In this document: positions 24,171 to 36,154 of the stretch, piece by piece
How the letters are laid out: each line of letters opens with the position of its first letter
How positions within the stretch are numbered: position 1 is the stretch's first letter
Assembly: GCA_034226945.1 (NCBI GenBank)
Contig: CP120461.1
Coordinates: 1 to 64,000 of the forward strand
From: Picochlorum sp. SENEW3
Taxonomy: Eukaryota
Direction: 5' to 3'
DNA: 64,000 bases
Position numbers and translations under genes: made by a program
Notes under the pieces: model-generated
What the model saw: the letters and a program-made list of their open reading frames with translations, nothing else
The model's database searches: none
Told to the model about the DNA's origin: nothing

Positions 24171-26096
24171 TTAACGCAAGAAAAATCTGAAAATTCTTCG
24201 TGCATCACCGCTCACTTCTCGAATGTCAAACTCGCTGTGAGCATTCAAATGGTCAACAATCTGGTCGAGTTCGTGGCTGCTGTCCGTGCCCACTCTCAGC
24301 CCTAGCAAGACACCGGATGATCTGTTACCCGACTTTCTGTAGTGGAACAGGGTGATTCCCCAACGGGGAGAAATGGACGGCAGGAATCTTTCCAAAGAGC
24401 CTGCTCGTTCGGGAAAGTCAACAAGGAAGATTCTCTCATAGGTTGAGCCACCATCTACAGAGTCTGTAACACTGTCAAGCGCTCCCTTCCCCCCTGAATG
24501 CCCTCCGACTAGATGCCTCAGATGTACTTGGGCAATTTCTAAGTGAGATATATCCGAAAACGTGTAATTATACTCTTCCAGCTCCTTCAGGAGAGATTTG
24601 AACTCCTCCGAATTGGGCGACAGGCCAAGACCAAACATGAGGGCTCCCTCACACCCTTCGCTGTACCTATACTTGAGCTCTGTGATATCGAATGTGCGCC
24701 CTTTCATCGCCCGTCCTAGAAATGTGGCGAACGACCCATCCTCTTCCGGCAAAGCCACAGCCAAACTGGCTTCGTCCTCCCCGACACCAGCCAAGTCAGC
24801 AACTTGGCGAAGGCGGTCGAAATTCATATTCGCTCCCGATGTTATGGCGACGACAGTCTTATTCTTAATATTATAGTTTCTGATATATTCCTTGGCGCCA
24901 GCCACGGCCACAGCACCGGATGGTTCTAGGATGGACCTCGTCTCATTGAACACGTCCTTGATGGCTGCCGACGTGGCAGCGTTATCCACAAGAATAACTC
25001 CGTCTACGTATTCCTTGCATAATCTGAATGTCTCCGCACCAACCTGTTTGACCGCCACCCCATCTGCGAATGTATCAACCCTCGAGAGGGTGATTCTTTT
25101 GCCCAGGGCCAGGGATTGAGCCATGGCATTGGCACCAGTAGGTTCTACTCCAATTACCTTGATCTCGGGTCTGAGCGCTTTTATGTACGCCGCGACACCA
25201 GCTATCAGGCCTCCTCCGCCGACGGGCACGAAGACAGCCTCAAGATTATCCATGTCACATTGTCTCAGAATTTCAGCCCCGACTGTCCCTTGTCCTGCAA
25301 TGGTGTATGGGTCATCGTACGGAGCAATGAAGACCATGCCTTCGTCCCGCGACTTCTTCTGAGCATACGCTTGGGTTTCCTGGTAGCTCTCTCCAACCAG
25401 CTCCACGGTGCCTCCCAAGGCTTTCACTGCTGCAACCTTGATCTCTGGAGTGTTTATTGGCATGCAAATGATTGCTTTGCAACCCAGCTTCGCCGCCCCC
25501 AAGGCGACACCTTGGGCATGGTTTCCAGCGGATGAGCATATGACTCCATTATCCAGCTCTTCTCGTGTAAGTTGGGCCATCTTATTATATGCCCCCCTCA
25601 ATTTGAAACTCTTCACAGGCTGCAGGTCCTCTCTCTTGAGCAGTATTTGATTTGCGTACTGCCGCCCGAGTTCATTCGCTTGCACCATGGGGGTTTCTAC
25701 AGCGACGTCATACACCTTAGACGTCAAAATCTCTCTCAGATACCCATTCGGGTCCAGTCGCCACGAAAAGCCTGCACACCCAAAAGCACCTTGGCAAGCG
25801 GGGTCCACGCACCCAGCACAGCGGAACAGATCCTCTGGAGAAGGAGATGAAAATCTATTTACTTTCGTTAATCTTCCAGGAGGTTCTTGAAACGATTCTG
25901 GTGTCCTCACGAGGTCAGACGAGTCGCTTCGAGCCTGGTCGGTCTGAGACAAGGCTGCTCGCCAGAAGCGGCTTCTTCTGCCAACAGAATTTCTTCCAGA
26001 GGAATATGATCTATTGTTTACGGGCGTCGAACCAATGCAAAGTGCGTCATGGGACAAGGCTGAAGCCGCGCTGGTCCAACAAGGCAGGTCGGCCAT
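24171..26096 (-). CDS. ilvA: Threonine dehydratase (biosynthetic, plastid)
   Basis: KREDLQPVKSFKLRGAYN, SAGNHAQGVA, VPVGGGGLI, C-terminal ACT-like domains and a transit peptide. Confidence 0.97.
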   Translation of the reverse strand: MADLPCWTSAASALSHDALCIGSTPVNNRSYSSGRNSVGRRSRFWRAALSQTDQARSDSSDLVRTPESFQEPPGRLTKVNRFSSPSPEDLFRCAGCVDPACQGAFGCAGFSWRLDPNGYLREILTSKVYDVAVETPMVQANELGRQYANQILLKREDLQPVKSFKLRGAYNKMAQLTREELDNGVICSSAGNHAQGVALGAAKLGCKAIICMPINTPEIKVAAVKALGGTVELVGESYQETQAYAQKKSRDEGMVFIAPYDDPYTIAGQGTVGAEILRQCDMDNLEAVFVPVGGGGLIAGVAAYIKALRPEIKVIGVEPTGANAMAQSLALGKRITLSRVDTFADGVAVKQVGAETFRLCKEYVDGVILVDNAATSAAIKDVFNETRSILEPSGAVAVAGAKEYIRNYNIKNKTVVAITSGANMNFDRLRQVADLAGVGEDEASLAVALPEEDGSFATFLGRAMKGRTFDITELKYRYSEGCEGALMFGLGLSPNSEEFKSLLKELEEYNYTFSDISHLEIAQVHLRHLVGGHSGGKGALDSVTDSVDGGSTYERIFLVDFPERAGSLERFLPSISPRWGITLFHYRKSGNRSSGVLLGLRVGTDSSHELDQIVDHLNAHSEFDIREVSGDARRIFRFFLR

Positions 26097-26290
26097 GGTG
26101 GGAACGAAGTATGCAGTTCAAATCCGTTCCAACCGGGCTCCACGATATATTTTGATACAGTTTGATATGTGAGGCACGTCAGTAGGATTGTGGTGCTATC
26201 ACTTGCTGGTCAATTTCGATTGAGACCAGTGACTTTCTCATGCATGGGGACTCATCAAAAAGAGATGTTGTTACAGCGCCTTCTTGCGAA

Positions 26291-28243
26291 TCAAATGCGA
26301 TACAAAACTGTGATTCCTAGAAGAGAGAGGCATTTTCTCATGACAACAGCCGCAGCGTGACACAACAGGAGCCTGCTGTCCTGTGCATCACTGCCAACAA
26401 CTTGGCACTCATTGTAGAACTGGTTGAAAACCCCAGAGAGGTCATACAGATAATCTGTGATTCTGTTTGGTGTCAGCTCATCAAGAGTGGCCTCGATTGC
26501 TTCCGGGAAGCGGGCAATATGTAATGCAAGAGCCACTTCTGTCTCATGTTCCAGGACAAGCTTTGCCCCTTTCGTGACCAAGTCCTCTGGGTCTATGCCA
26601 GACTTCCTGATGATTGAAGCGATGCGGGCATGAGCGTACAGTAGATACACTGCAGTATTTCCCTGAAGGGATAACATCTCATCAAAGGAGAACCGATAGT
26701 TGGTTGTCCTGTGTCCTTTGAGATCGGCATATTTGACTGCACCATATCCCATGGCGGAGGAGGCAGCATCCAACTCTTCATCCGTGATATCGGGGCGCCT
26801 TTCTTTGATTGTCGAGGTACATCTCTCTTTGGCCTCATCCAGTAGCTCCACCAGCCTAACAACCTGCAGATTGCGATCAGAACGAGTTCAGAAACGAGTT
26901 GAAAACTACTCACACAAACTAAAACGCAAACCACGCACATCTCCACTTCGACTCCTGAATTTCTTTCCATCCTCTCCTAACACGAGGCCAAAAGGAACAT
27001 GATCAATTCTAATGTCTCTATCAGTCGGAATATACCCGGCCTTTTTGGCAGCAGCAAATACCATATCGAAATGTTGGGATTGACCTGCGTCCGTGACGTA
27101 GATGATCCAATCAGCCTTTTCCTCAGATATACGGTGTTTGATTGCTGCCATATCAGTGGAAGCATACCCAAATCCACCGTCAGACTTTTTCACAATGAGT
27201 GGAATTTTGTGCCCATCAACGAAAACACAGGTTGCGCCATCGCTGACCTCTGCAATGCCTCTGTCCATCAAGTCATCAACCACGCCATTCAGGAGGGGGT
27301 TGTAGAAAGATTCCCCCCTCTCCTGGATGGTAACGCCCAGCCTCTTGTATATCTTTTCAAACTCTCGGCGAGAAGCATCACAAATTCGTTGCCAGGCCTC
27401 AACATACTCTGGCTTCCCGCTCTGGAGAGCGGTGACTGCTTCTCTCGATCTAACCTTGAAGTCATCTTCCTCATCAAACCTCTGTTTGGCTGCCCTGTAG
27501 AGAACTTGTAGATCCGCAACATCTTCGTTGGTGGATGCATTCAATCCCTCGGGTCGTTTCTCGGAAATATACTGAATCAACATGCCGAACTGGGTACCCC
27601 AATCGCCAATATGATTCAGTCGCAGAACATCAGCACCGCAAAACTCTAGTGTCTTGGAGATGGTATCTCCGATGATAGTCGAGCGCAAGTGTCCCACATG
27701 CATCTCTTTTGCTACATTAGGAGAAGAGAAGTCCACAATGACCTTCTTGTGCTCATACCCTTCTGGTGCCCATGACGCAATCCCCTCGTTGGAGGCGAGC
27801 ATTGCAGAGGTGCGTGCTGCCAGCCATGATGGACTCACTCGAATGTTGATGAAGCCTGGACCTGCCAGACTCGTCTCCTTGATGATCTCGGACGGTGGCA
27901 AATTTGCTACAATCGCGTCGGCAACAGCCCTCGGATTCTTCTGAGCATCGTCTGTTCCTTTCAAGCGCCCAAAAAGGGACATGGCATTGTTGCACTGGTA
28001 ATCTCCATACTTGGGCTGGTTGCACGCACTAACTAGCGCGGGCTCAGCCGAGCCAAGGCCAGGGAAAGCTTTCTGGATGGCCTCGGAAAACAAGTCCACC
28101 AGTTCGTGACGGACGCAGCGAACTTTGTCGGTGGCCGAAGCCTGAGCGGCCACCAACCTTGCCTGGCCCTGTGAAGGAGAGGTAGATGCTGACTGAACCA
28201 TGAGATCCAACTTTGACAATGCTTCTGTGACCTTGTTAGACAT
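26291..28243 (-). CDS. argS: Arginyl-tRNA synthetase
   Basis: DFSSPNVAKEMHVGHLRSTIIG, GKKFRSRSG and DALR domain; one intron ~26940-26865. The 5' end may extend further. Confidence 0.96.
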
Positions 28244-28661
28244 TCTTCTGGAGCCTGCACACCGAAATGCACCCTGCTGTGTAGTTGCACGCAGCCAAAC
28301 GCACGAACAAAGTAGACAACGTACCCAGCAGTGCTCGACCGGTCTGGAGAGATGAGCGAATCGTGTACGTAGTTTTACAAACTGCAGATCATACGAGATA
28401 CTACCGTGATGCCATCTCTGTGGCGGTGCATTGCCTTGACATGTCAGGTGTAAACGTACATGCAATTCTCTGAGGTGTTCTACCACAGAGCATTTCAATG
28501 ACTACAAAACCAGCGCAAATTTTCAAATTATTGTACCAGAAAGGCGATCGCCTGGGACTTGTAGCGTCTCGAGATGATTGTCTCATGTCCCACCTCTACT
28601 TGAGCAAATTGAATGCCTCGTCCTACCGAGCGTGCATTTGCAATGCTGCAAACAAAATAGC

Positions 28662-30798
28662 ATGGATTTGGAGGAGCAGTTGCTGCAGTCCTTGGAGAAG
28701 AGCGACGACGAGGGATTTGACAGCGAGAGGAGTCAAAGTGGCGAGTTTTCAACGACACCACTTGGAGGAGGGTCACTCGACAACCTTCCGGGGGCCTTGT
28801 TGGAAGGGGATGCTCCCGTTTCATGGGTTTCAGAGGCAAATTTAGATGTATTTTTTGGCAGGCTGTACCTGTACTGGGAGTCAAAAGGCTTTAGGCAGTT
28901 CCTGGTCGGACGAGTCCTGAACGCACTTGCGCTGGCGTTTACTGGAGTGTTGTCGGGGTTTCTTCTTCTGGGCGTGAACTACTCTGGTTTGAGCAATCCA
29001 TGTTTGAAAGAGGGATCCTGCAGTATTCTCGAAGCATGCCTGAGGGAGTTATCTCGGGTTTTGTTTCCGATAACCTTGTGGAAGGTGGTCTCGACCTTGT
29101 ACCTGGGAGCTTTTGTCGCATATGTTGCGCTCGCCGTGGTGCATCTCGTCTCAGAATACAAAGGAATGTCTCATGTTTACGAGTTTGTGAGAAACGACCT
29201 GGGATATAGCGAACGCGGCATCCGTGCGGCGACGTGGCAGGAGGTGTTGGCAAGGGTAGTCGAGTCTCAAAAGCGGGTCAGGATATGCTTGTCTCGCGAC
29301 CTGACTGAGCAGGATATTGTCATGTGCATCATGCGGAAGGATAATTATTTGATTGGCATGCTCAACAAGGGTGTTCTGGCGTTGACTTTCTCGGGGTTGC
29401 CCGGCCTGTCAAAAGCCCCTCTCCTGACCAAAACAGGTTGAATGGAACCTGAGATGGTGCATCTTGAACGCCATGTTTGACGATTCTCTCCGGGTGAAAG
29501 AGTCGTTTCTCTCCTCTCCTGAGACAATAAAGAAGAGATTTAGAGCTGCAGCTTTGGTAAATATCGCTCTGTCGCCATTTTTGCTCGTGGTGTTGATCCT
29601 GCAGAGTGTGCTAAAAAACGCTGAGAGCGTGTACCGACAGCCAGGGTCCATAGGAGCCAGGCAATGGTCTCCCCTGGCCCTTTGGTATCTCCGCGAATTT
29701 AATGAAGTTCCCTTTTTCTTGTATAATAGACTGAATTCAGGTCACGAATCTGCAATGAGGTATATCAAACAGTTTCCAAATTTGTTAGTCAGCGACATCT
29801 CTCGTTTCCTGTGTTATATTGCTGGATCATTTGCTGCCCTTCTCATGGCGCTCACATTGTTTGAAGACGATTTGCTAGAAGTAGATTTTATGAGTGGAAA
29901 GCAGACAGTTTGGTGGCTGGCTGTCTTGGGTGTGGTGCTTGCTGTGTTCAGGCCCATGGTTGTTGACAAATCCACCACATCATTTGACCCAGAGTTGGCC
30001 CTCCTGGAACTCGCCGCCCATACGCACCATTATCCTCGTCATTGGAGTGGAAAGGCTCACACATTAGACGTACAGGAGGAAGTTGAAGCCATGTTTCGCT
30101 ACAGGGCTGCCATCTTTCTTGAAGAGCTTGCAAGTGTGATTTTGACACCAATCTTGCTTTGGCGAGTTTTGCCTACATCAGCAAGCGAGATAGTCGCATT
30201 TCTCCAAAGTAATACGACATATGTGCCCGGATTGGGAGATGTTTGCTCATTCTCTGCATTCGACGTGTCAAAGCACGGAAATAAAAAGTATGGGAGCTCC
30301 CGGAACGGACCAAAACGCCTGAGATCGAAGCAAGGCAAAATGGAAAAGAGCATCATGAGTTTTGCAGCAATTTACCCGACATGGAACCCCCCGGAGCAGA
30401 GTAAAGTGCTCCTGAGTAACGTTGACAGCGTGTTCCAGGATGAAAATGAAACATTGCCAGAATTGGTGGAGCAGCAAGCTCAAGGGTATGACATGCATGG
30501 ACATGTCAATTTCGACATACGGAAGTTTTTGATTACATACTATCCACACGTGGCTAAAATGGTGATGAATTCACAAGACGATCCACTCGCAAGTCTTTGT
30601 GACCTGAGAAAAGACACAGCCAAGGGAGACCCTGGGAAAAAAACAATGATCTCGTACAGTATGCTCCAGTACTTTCATGACCACCAGGAAAAAATGCATG
30701 CAAGCCTACAGAGCCAAGAAGCAACCAATAGCAAGCAAAATGCACCGAGCCATGATCAGGAGCGCAGCAATGAGATGAGTGTGTTGGGTATAGGGTAG
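28662..30798 (+). CDS. ATG9: Autophagy protein ATG9 (1-nt frameshift near 29436)
   Basis: NLDxFF..LY.Y..KG, IMRKDNYLIGMLNKG, EWNLRWC, REFNE, GDVCSFS.FD..KHG, GKMEKS. Confidence 0.92.
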
Positions 30799-30804
30799 GG
30801 GACC

Positions 30805-31119
30805 CTACTTTTTCTTCTTCTTGAGTCCTCCGACAACTGCCACGCCTTGGGTGGTCACACCACCAGATAGCTCGTGCACATTCTGAACTTTCTCAGGTTC
30901 CCAGGGTAACTTTGGATGCTTATTCTCATGGTGCTCCTGCACGGTTTTCATCGATGGCATTTGGAGGTTGCAGACGGGACATTTGAACTTGCTGTGCCCG
31001 ACTTTCCCCCCCTTTCTGTCCTGCAATCCCGCAGAACCGCCTCCTCTATTCACAGTTGCATTAAATGCCTTTGCTTTCAGCTCAGCTGCGGTATGCTTTG
31101 CTGGTTTTGCTTTCCCCAT
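30805..31119 (-). CDS. MBS1: Methylene blue sensitivity (MBS) small C2H2 zinc-finger protein
   Basis: GKAKPAKHTAAEL..NRGGG..DR..GH.KFKCPVC..HHENKHP matches the MBS family. Confidence 0.88.
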   Translation of the reverse strand: MGKAKPAKHTAAELKAKAFNATVNRGGGSAGLQDRKGGKVGHSKFKCPVCNLQMPSMKTVQEHHENKHPKLPWEPEKVQNVHELSGGVTTQGVAVVGGLKKKKK

Positions 31120-31566
31120 GCTTGGCTCATGCACCAGAAGCAGGGGTGGAAATGGTGTCCAATCCCTTGATCACAAGGTCTTGTGGATGTACAAATAATT
31201 ATCGCTCAAATATGTCCTGATGAGTGATCTAGATGGTAACAAATGTGGACTCATACAAGTTTTTCGGCGACTGTCATAACGGCATGTTGATTCCCATCAA
31301 CGATGGGAACGATAGGAACGATATTATTGTATTTAAAGCATCAAAGTATGGAAAGTATGGATTCTATCTGGATTGACTTTTCCAAATTCCTCTCGTAGAT
31401 GAGGGCAGAACCGCTGGGTGCATTCGGAAGAGAATATTATAAACGAATTTGACTGATCTTGATCAGCTGATTGACGGCGTGACGTGGTCCGAAGAAGCAC
31501 TCGGGAATTCACGCTTAGACGATTGCTCCGCAATCGGCCGTTCCGACCGCCGTGGACGAGTAAGAC

Positions 31567-32685
31567 ATGGAAACCATAAAAAGAAATTTCATTATTGCGA
31601 TTGGTCCTCATACCAGGACCGCTCCTCGACCGGGAATCCGTAGGACAAGGCAGGTGCTGCACGACACTGGTGCGAGACGGGCCCTGTTTGTCTTCCAGAC
31701 GACTCCCCGAGCGTGCAAAGCCCAAGCGAGGTTGCTGATCCAAGCTGCGACTGAGGAAATTGTCGAGGTCAAGAATCTGAAAGGCATACGAATGAAACCG
31801 CGCAGCGCCGAGGACGAGGAGAAAAAGGTTCGTCCAATGGTGGAGTACTTGGTAGCGTGGAAGGATGGGTCGCCAGATACATGGGAGCCCGTCACAAATC
31901 TCGCAGACAATTTGCTGAGAGATTTTGAATCCAAATGGTGGAACGCTGTCAAAAAGGGTGACGAAGCTGTGATGAGCGAGATGCTCGACGGCGGAGGCGC
32001 TGTTTTGTCACGAACCCTGAATGAGGACAGGCGCAGTGCATTGCATTTTGCCGCTGCTCTTGGGAAAGCTGACCTGGTGCGGCGTCTCATCAGAGAGGGG
32101 GCCGAGGTGGACCTGGGAGATAAAGAAGGGTACACTCCTCTGCACATGGCCGCAGGATATCTTCATACATCGACAATATACGCTTTGATAGAAGGGAATG
32201 CAGATCCAGAGCAGCAGGATTTGCAGGGCAGGTCTCCCTTGGAGCTTGTCGAAAGCCTGAGAGCAGCTCTGCCCCCGGATAATCCAGCGACTGCGGCTCG
32301 TAGAATTGCTCTAGAAGAGGTACTGAAAGTATTGGTGGATAATTTGTTCGAAGATGTGCTTCCAGACGCCGTAATGGAGAGTAGAGAGATAGAAAATGGC
32401 GATGGAGCCAAGGAGTACTTGGTGAAATTTCCCGATGAAGATGAACCTGTGTGGGTCCACGAGAAGTACATGTCGGAAGAGGTCGTATCCGATTACCAAG
32501 ATAACCTGGAGTACGCGAAAGCTGAGAAGATTCTCGATGTCCGAAATAAGGGGGACTCTCGTGCGTATTTGGTGAGATGGATGGATGGATCAGAGGACAC
32601 CTGGGAGCCAGAAGAACATGTCTCCCAAGATCTCATCTTCATGTTTGAGAACAACGGTGCTCTGCCTCCAGGTGTCAAAATCTAA
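31567..32685 (+). CDS. cpSRP43: Chloroplast signal recognition particle 43 kDa subunit
   Basis: Chromodomain (EYLVAWKDG), ankyrin repeats (TPLHMAAGY), two further chromodomains and a transit peptide. Confidence 0.95.
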   Translation: METIKRNFIIAIGPHTRTAPRPGIRRTRQVLHDTGARRALFVFQTTPRACKAQARLLIQAATEEIVEVKNLKGIRMKPRSAEDEEKKVRPMVEYLVAWKDGSPDTWEPVTNLADNLLRDFESKWWNAVKKGDEAVMSEMLDGGGAVLSRTLNEDRRSALHFAAALGKADLVRRLIREGAEVDLGDKEGYTPLHMAAGYLHTSTIYALIEGNADPEQQDLQGRSPLELVESLRAALPPDNPATAARRIALEEVLKVLVDNLFEDVLPDAVMESREIENGDGAKEYLVKFPDEDEPVWVHEKYMSEEVVSDYQDNLEYAKAEKILDVRNKGDSRAYLVRWMDGSEDTWEPEEHVSQDLIFMFENNGALPPGVKI

Positions 32686-32779
32686 TCATAATAATAAGTA
32701 GCCATAAATTATTTATTCGATTCTATAATTCATGAGGTATCAGGTGTTGCACCAATAGCGGTAAAATGTTGTAATCGAC

Positions 32780-33809
32780 ATGACCGATACGTGGACGACG
32801 AGTACGGTTCCTCCTGTCGCAATGCAAACATAGCTATAAATATCACATGTAATAATATATTACATACGGTGCAGTCGAATCAGATCCAGCAGTGTTCACG
32901 GAACTTGTTCTCAGAGTTGGAGTCCAGGGTGCAGAGGTGGCAGAAATAGAGAGTTTCGACGATGAAACCTTGGCAAAACTAGGACATGTGTATGCTTTAA
33001 TCTTTCTTTTCAAATGGGATGCAGGGCTAGAGGCAGAACTGGAGCAGACACGCTCCAAGGCAGAAGAGACCCAAGAGGCGGACTCAAACATCTATTTTGC
33101 AAGGCAAGTCATTCAGAACGCATGCGCGACCCAAGCGATTGTCAATGTCCTCATGAACATTACAGAGGGGGCAGATTTTGGTCTGGGGGAGGAATTATCG
33201 AAGATGAAAACGTTCACGGCAGATTTTGACATGGAAATGAAGGGGCTTTCTATCGGGAACAGCGAGATTCTGCGAGAGGTTCACAATTCTTTTAGACCTC
33301 CAGCGTCTCATCTGTTGCCAGAAAAGACGAGCTCTTCAGAAGGAGAGGCGTTCCATTACATTGCATATATGCCTATTCATGGGCGTGTCTACGAGTTGGA
33401 TGGCCTAGCCCAGGGTCCTCGTGCAATTTGTGCCGTCAAGGCCGGCGCCTGGATCCACCAGGCGATCGAAGCAATACAGGAGAGAATGAGGATGTATCAA
33501 GGTTCAGAAGAGCGATTTTCGCTGCAAGCCATCATCGAAGATAAGTCACAAGCCATTCGTAGAGATATTGCTGCCCTGGAGAAGGAAATGCAGTCCCTAG
33601 AAGAAATGCATCAGGCAGTTGAAATTCGCCGGAAAATTTTAGAGCTCAGACAGCAGATTGCTAAGAACACGGCAGCTCTGCGGGACGAGGAAGAAAAGAG
33701 GAAGGCTTGGAAGATGGAGAATTTGTACAGACGGACAGACTTTACGCCGTTCATCTTCCATTGCCTGAAAATCATGGGCAAAAACCGCCTGCTCGACCAA
33801 TTCATCTGA
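32780..33809 (+). CDS. UCHL5: Ubiquitin C-terminal hydrolase UCH37/UCHL5
   Basis: Exon 1 MTDTWTT plus intron gives IESDPAVFTEL; QVIQNACATQA, FHYIAY, YELDGL; C-terminal ULD. Confidence 0.93.
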
Positions 33810-34094
33810 TTTTCCAGTCATTACATGCCCGGTGGTGATGCATAGTGAAAGATGGGCACACTCCTCAAATTCGGATTATATGTAAGTCATGGTATTGCGT
33901 GCATTGCGTGGTAAAAAGTGGGATTGAGCATCAGTTTTTTTCAAAACTGTGCAGAGGTGACGTGACAACTTTCTGATCTTGTCCACGTGAACAGTCAGAC
34001 GCTCCCTCCTTTCCTACCGATCAATAATTAAATTTTTTAGTAGTATCTTCAAGTGACAGGGATATAATTACCTTTTTATTGGAGGTGGGCAAAC

Positions 34095-35862
34095 ATGTCT
34101 CAGCAACAAAACCAAGCCCATGCGCCGGTGACTGACTCCATCGAAGACACTGGAATGATCCTTCCACTCATTCCCTCCAATGATGACTACGAAAATGATC
34201 CAAAGGTATGCTTGAAGAGACGCACCAGTGGAAGAGGCCCGTGGCGTTTGGGAGGTTTCAGCGCCTCTGCTTAACGTCCTTGCGGAACTCTGGATGAATT
34301 CAACCATGTTGGCTCGTCAACTTCACCTGATATATGTATATTTTTAGGTATGGGATCTCATAGTTGTTGGTGCTGGAGTGGCTGGCTCGGCTTTCGCGTA
34401 CGAACAGGGAAGGCGTGGGAGGCGAGTCCTCTTGGTGGAACGAGACTTGAGGCAGCCCGATAGGATCGTGGGAGAGCTGCTGCAGCCAGGGGGTTACATG
34501 GCTTTGAAATCTTTAGGCTTGGAACACTGTGTGGACGGCATTGATGCCCAAAAGGTGTACGGATACTGCATGTTTAAGAATGGAGAGGAGGCAAAAGTTG
34601 GATATCCGCTGGAGGGGATGGGGGAGGACATTGCTGGGAGGTCATTCCACCATGGCAGATTTGTGCAAAAATTGAGACAGGCTGCTTCCGGCTGTGAAAA
34701 TATTACTGTGAGGCAAGGCATCGTGAAGAAATTGATCAATGGTACGGTATCGGCGTCATCCGTGTGTGCTGCCTGAAATTCTAACTTCTTCTGTGTGCTT
34801 CCAGACAAGGGAGAAGAATGGGAAGAGGGACAAGTTGTCACTGGGGTACGGTACAAGTCGTCCGATGGATCTGATAAGACTGCTTTGGGCAATCTGACAA
34901 TTGTGTGCGATGGCATGTACTCGTCGTTCAGGAAAAAGCTGAGCAAGCCAGATATGAAATTTCCCTCCTACTTTGTGGGACTGTTGTTGAAAGATGTTGC
35001 CGTGCCACATGCTAATTTCGGACATGTGATTTTGGCAGAGCCATCACCAGTGCTATTTTATCCCATATCGCCGTCAGAAGTTCGTTGCCTTGTGGACTAT
35101 CCAGGAGAGAAGCTTCCTCCGATGACTTCGGGTGCACTTCACGAATATTTGCTTGAACGCATCGCACCTCAAGTGCCCCCAACGCTTCAAGAAGCTTTCT
35201 GTAAGGCAGTGAAGCAGGGAAGAATCAGGACGATGCAGAACAAACAGCTGACGAGCGCCCCACTTCACCAGCCTGGAGCCCTGCTGTTGGGAGATTCCTT
35301 CAACATGAGGCATCCTCTCACTGGGGGCGGCATGACAGTTGCCCTGTCGGACACATTGCTGCTCTGTCAGATGTTGAATCCATTGTCCAACTTTGATAGT
35401 GCGATTGAGACCTGCGACGCGACCTCTGCTTTCTACGTGAAGAGAAAGCCATTGTCTGCAACAGTGAATACCCTGGCAAATGCATTGTACAAGGTCTTCT
35501 GTTCCACAGGCAGTCCAGCACAGGAAGAGATGAGACAAGCTTGCTTCAACTATCTCAAGTTGGGAGGAATATACTCGAGTGGTCCTGTGTCGCTGCTTTC
35601 AGGTCTGAACCCGAGGCCATCAGTACTAGTTGCCCACTTTTTCATGGTTGCATTGTATGGAGTTGGAAGGCTGTTGCTCCCAAGGCCCTCAGTCAAGGGA
35701 GTTCTCGCCAGTATCACACTCATCTATACTGCGTGCTGCATAATTTTCCCCATCATCCGATCCGAAGGAGTCATGGCCGTGTTCTTGCCGTTCCTGACAA
35801 GCAAGCCATCGCCTTCGGCGCACATGAGGAAAGTTGCTTCCAGCAGGAGAATTCTATGTTGA
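34095..35862 (+). CDS. SQE: Squalene epoxidase
   Basis: IVVGAGVAG, DRIVGELLQPGG, GDSFNMRHPLTGGGMTVAL; two introns. Confidence 0.96.
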
Positions 35863-36154
35863 TGAGGGAGACATTGACGAGTAGTTTAAGTTTGGAGGAC
35901 ATTCCAACCATCAAGGATGCCGGGGCATTGCCCACATCCAGAGTGAGTTTGAACTTAGTGGCCCATCAAAAGTCTGCCTGAATTTCACAGCACTGTTCAT
36001 TCTTGTTGATTCGTTGAATTTGTTGAGTATATTTGATTCACAATTAACAGTTGTATGTAATCGAACATTCAGTAGCGTGGAAGAGACTGCTCGCCAATCG
36101 TGCTGTTCGTTTCTGCAAAAGAATTCCGCAGTTCTTAAAAAAAAAAAAGAAAGT

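Noticed and set aside
35862..35981. TGATG-coupled ORF after squalene epoxidase
   Set aside because: Only about 39 codons with no family features; DDX27 is better started at 36155.
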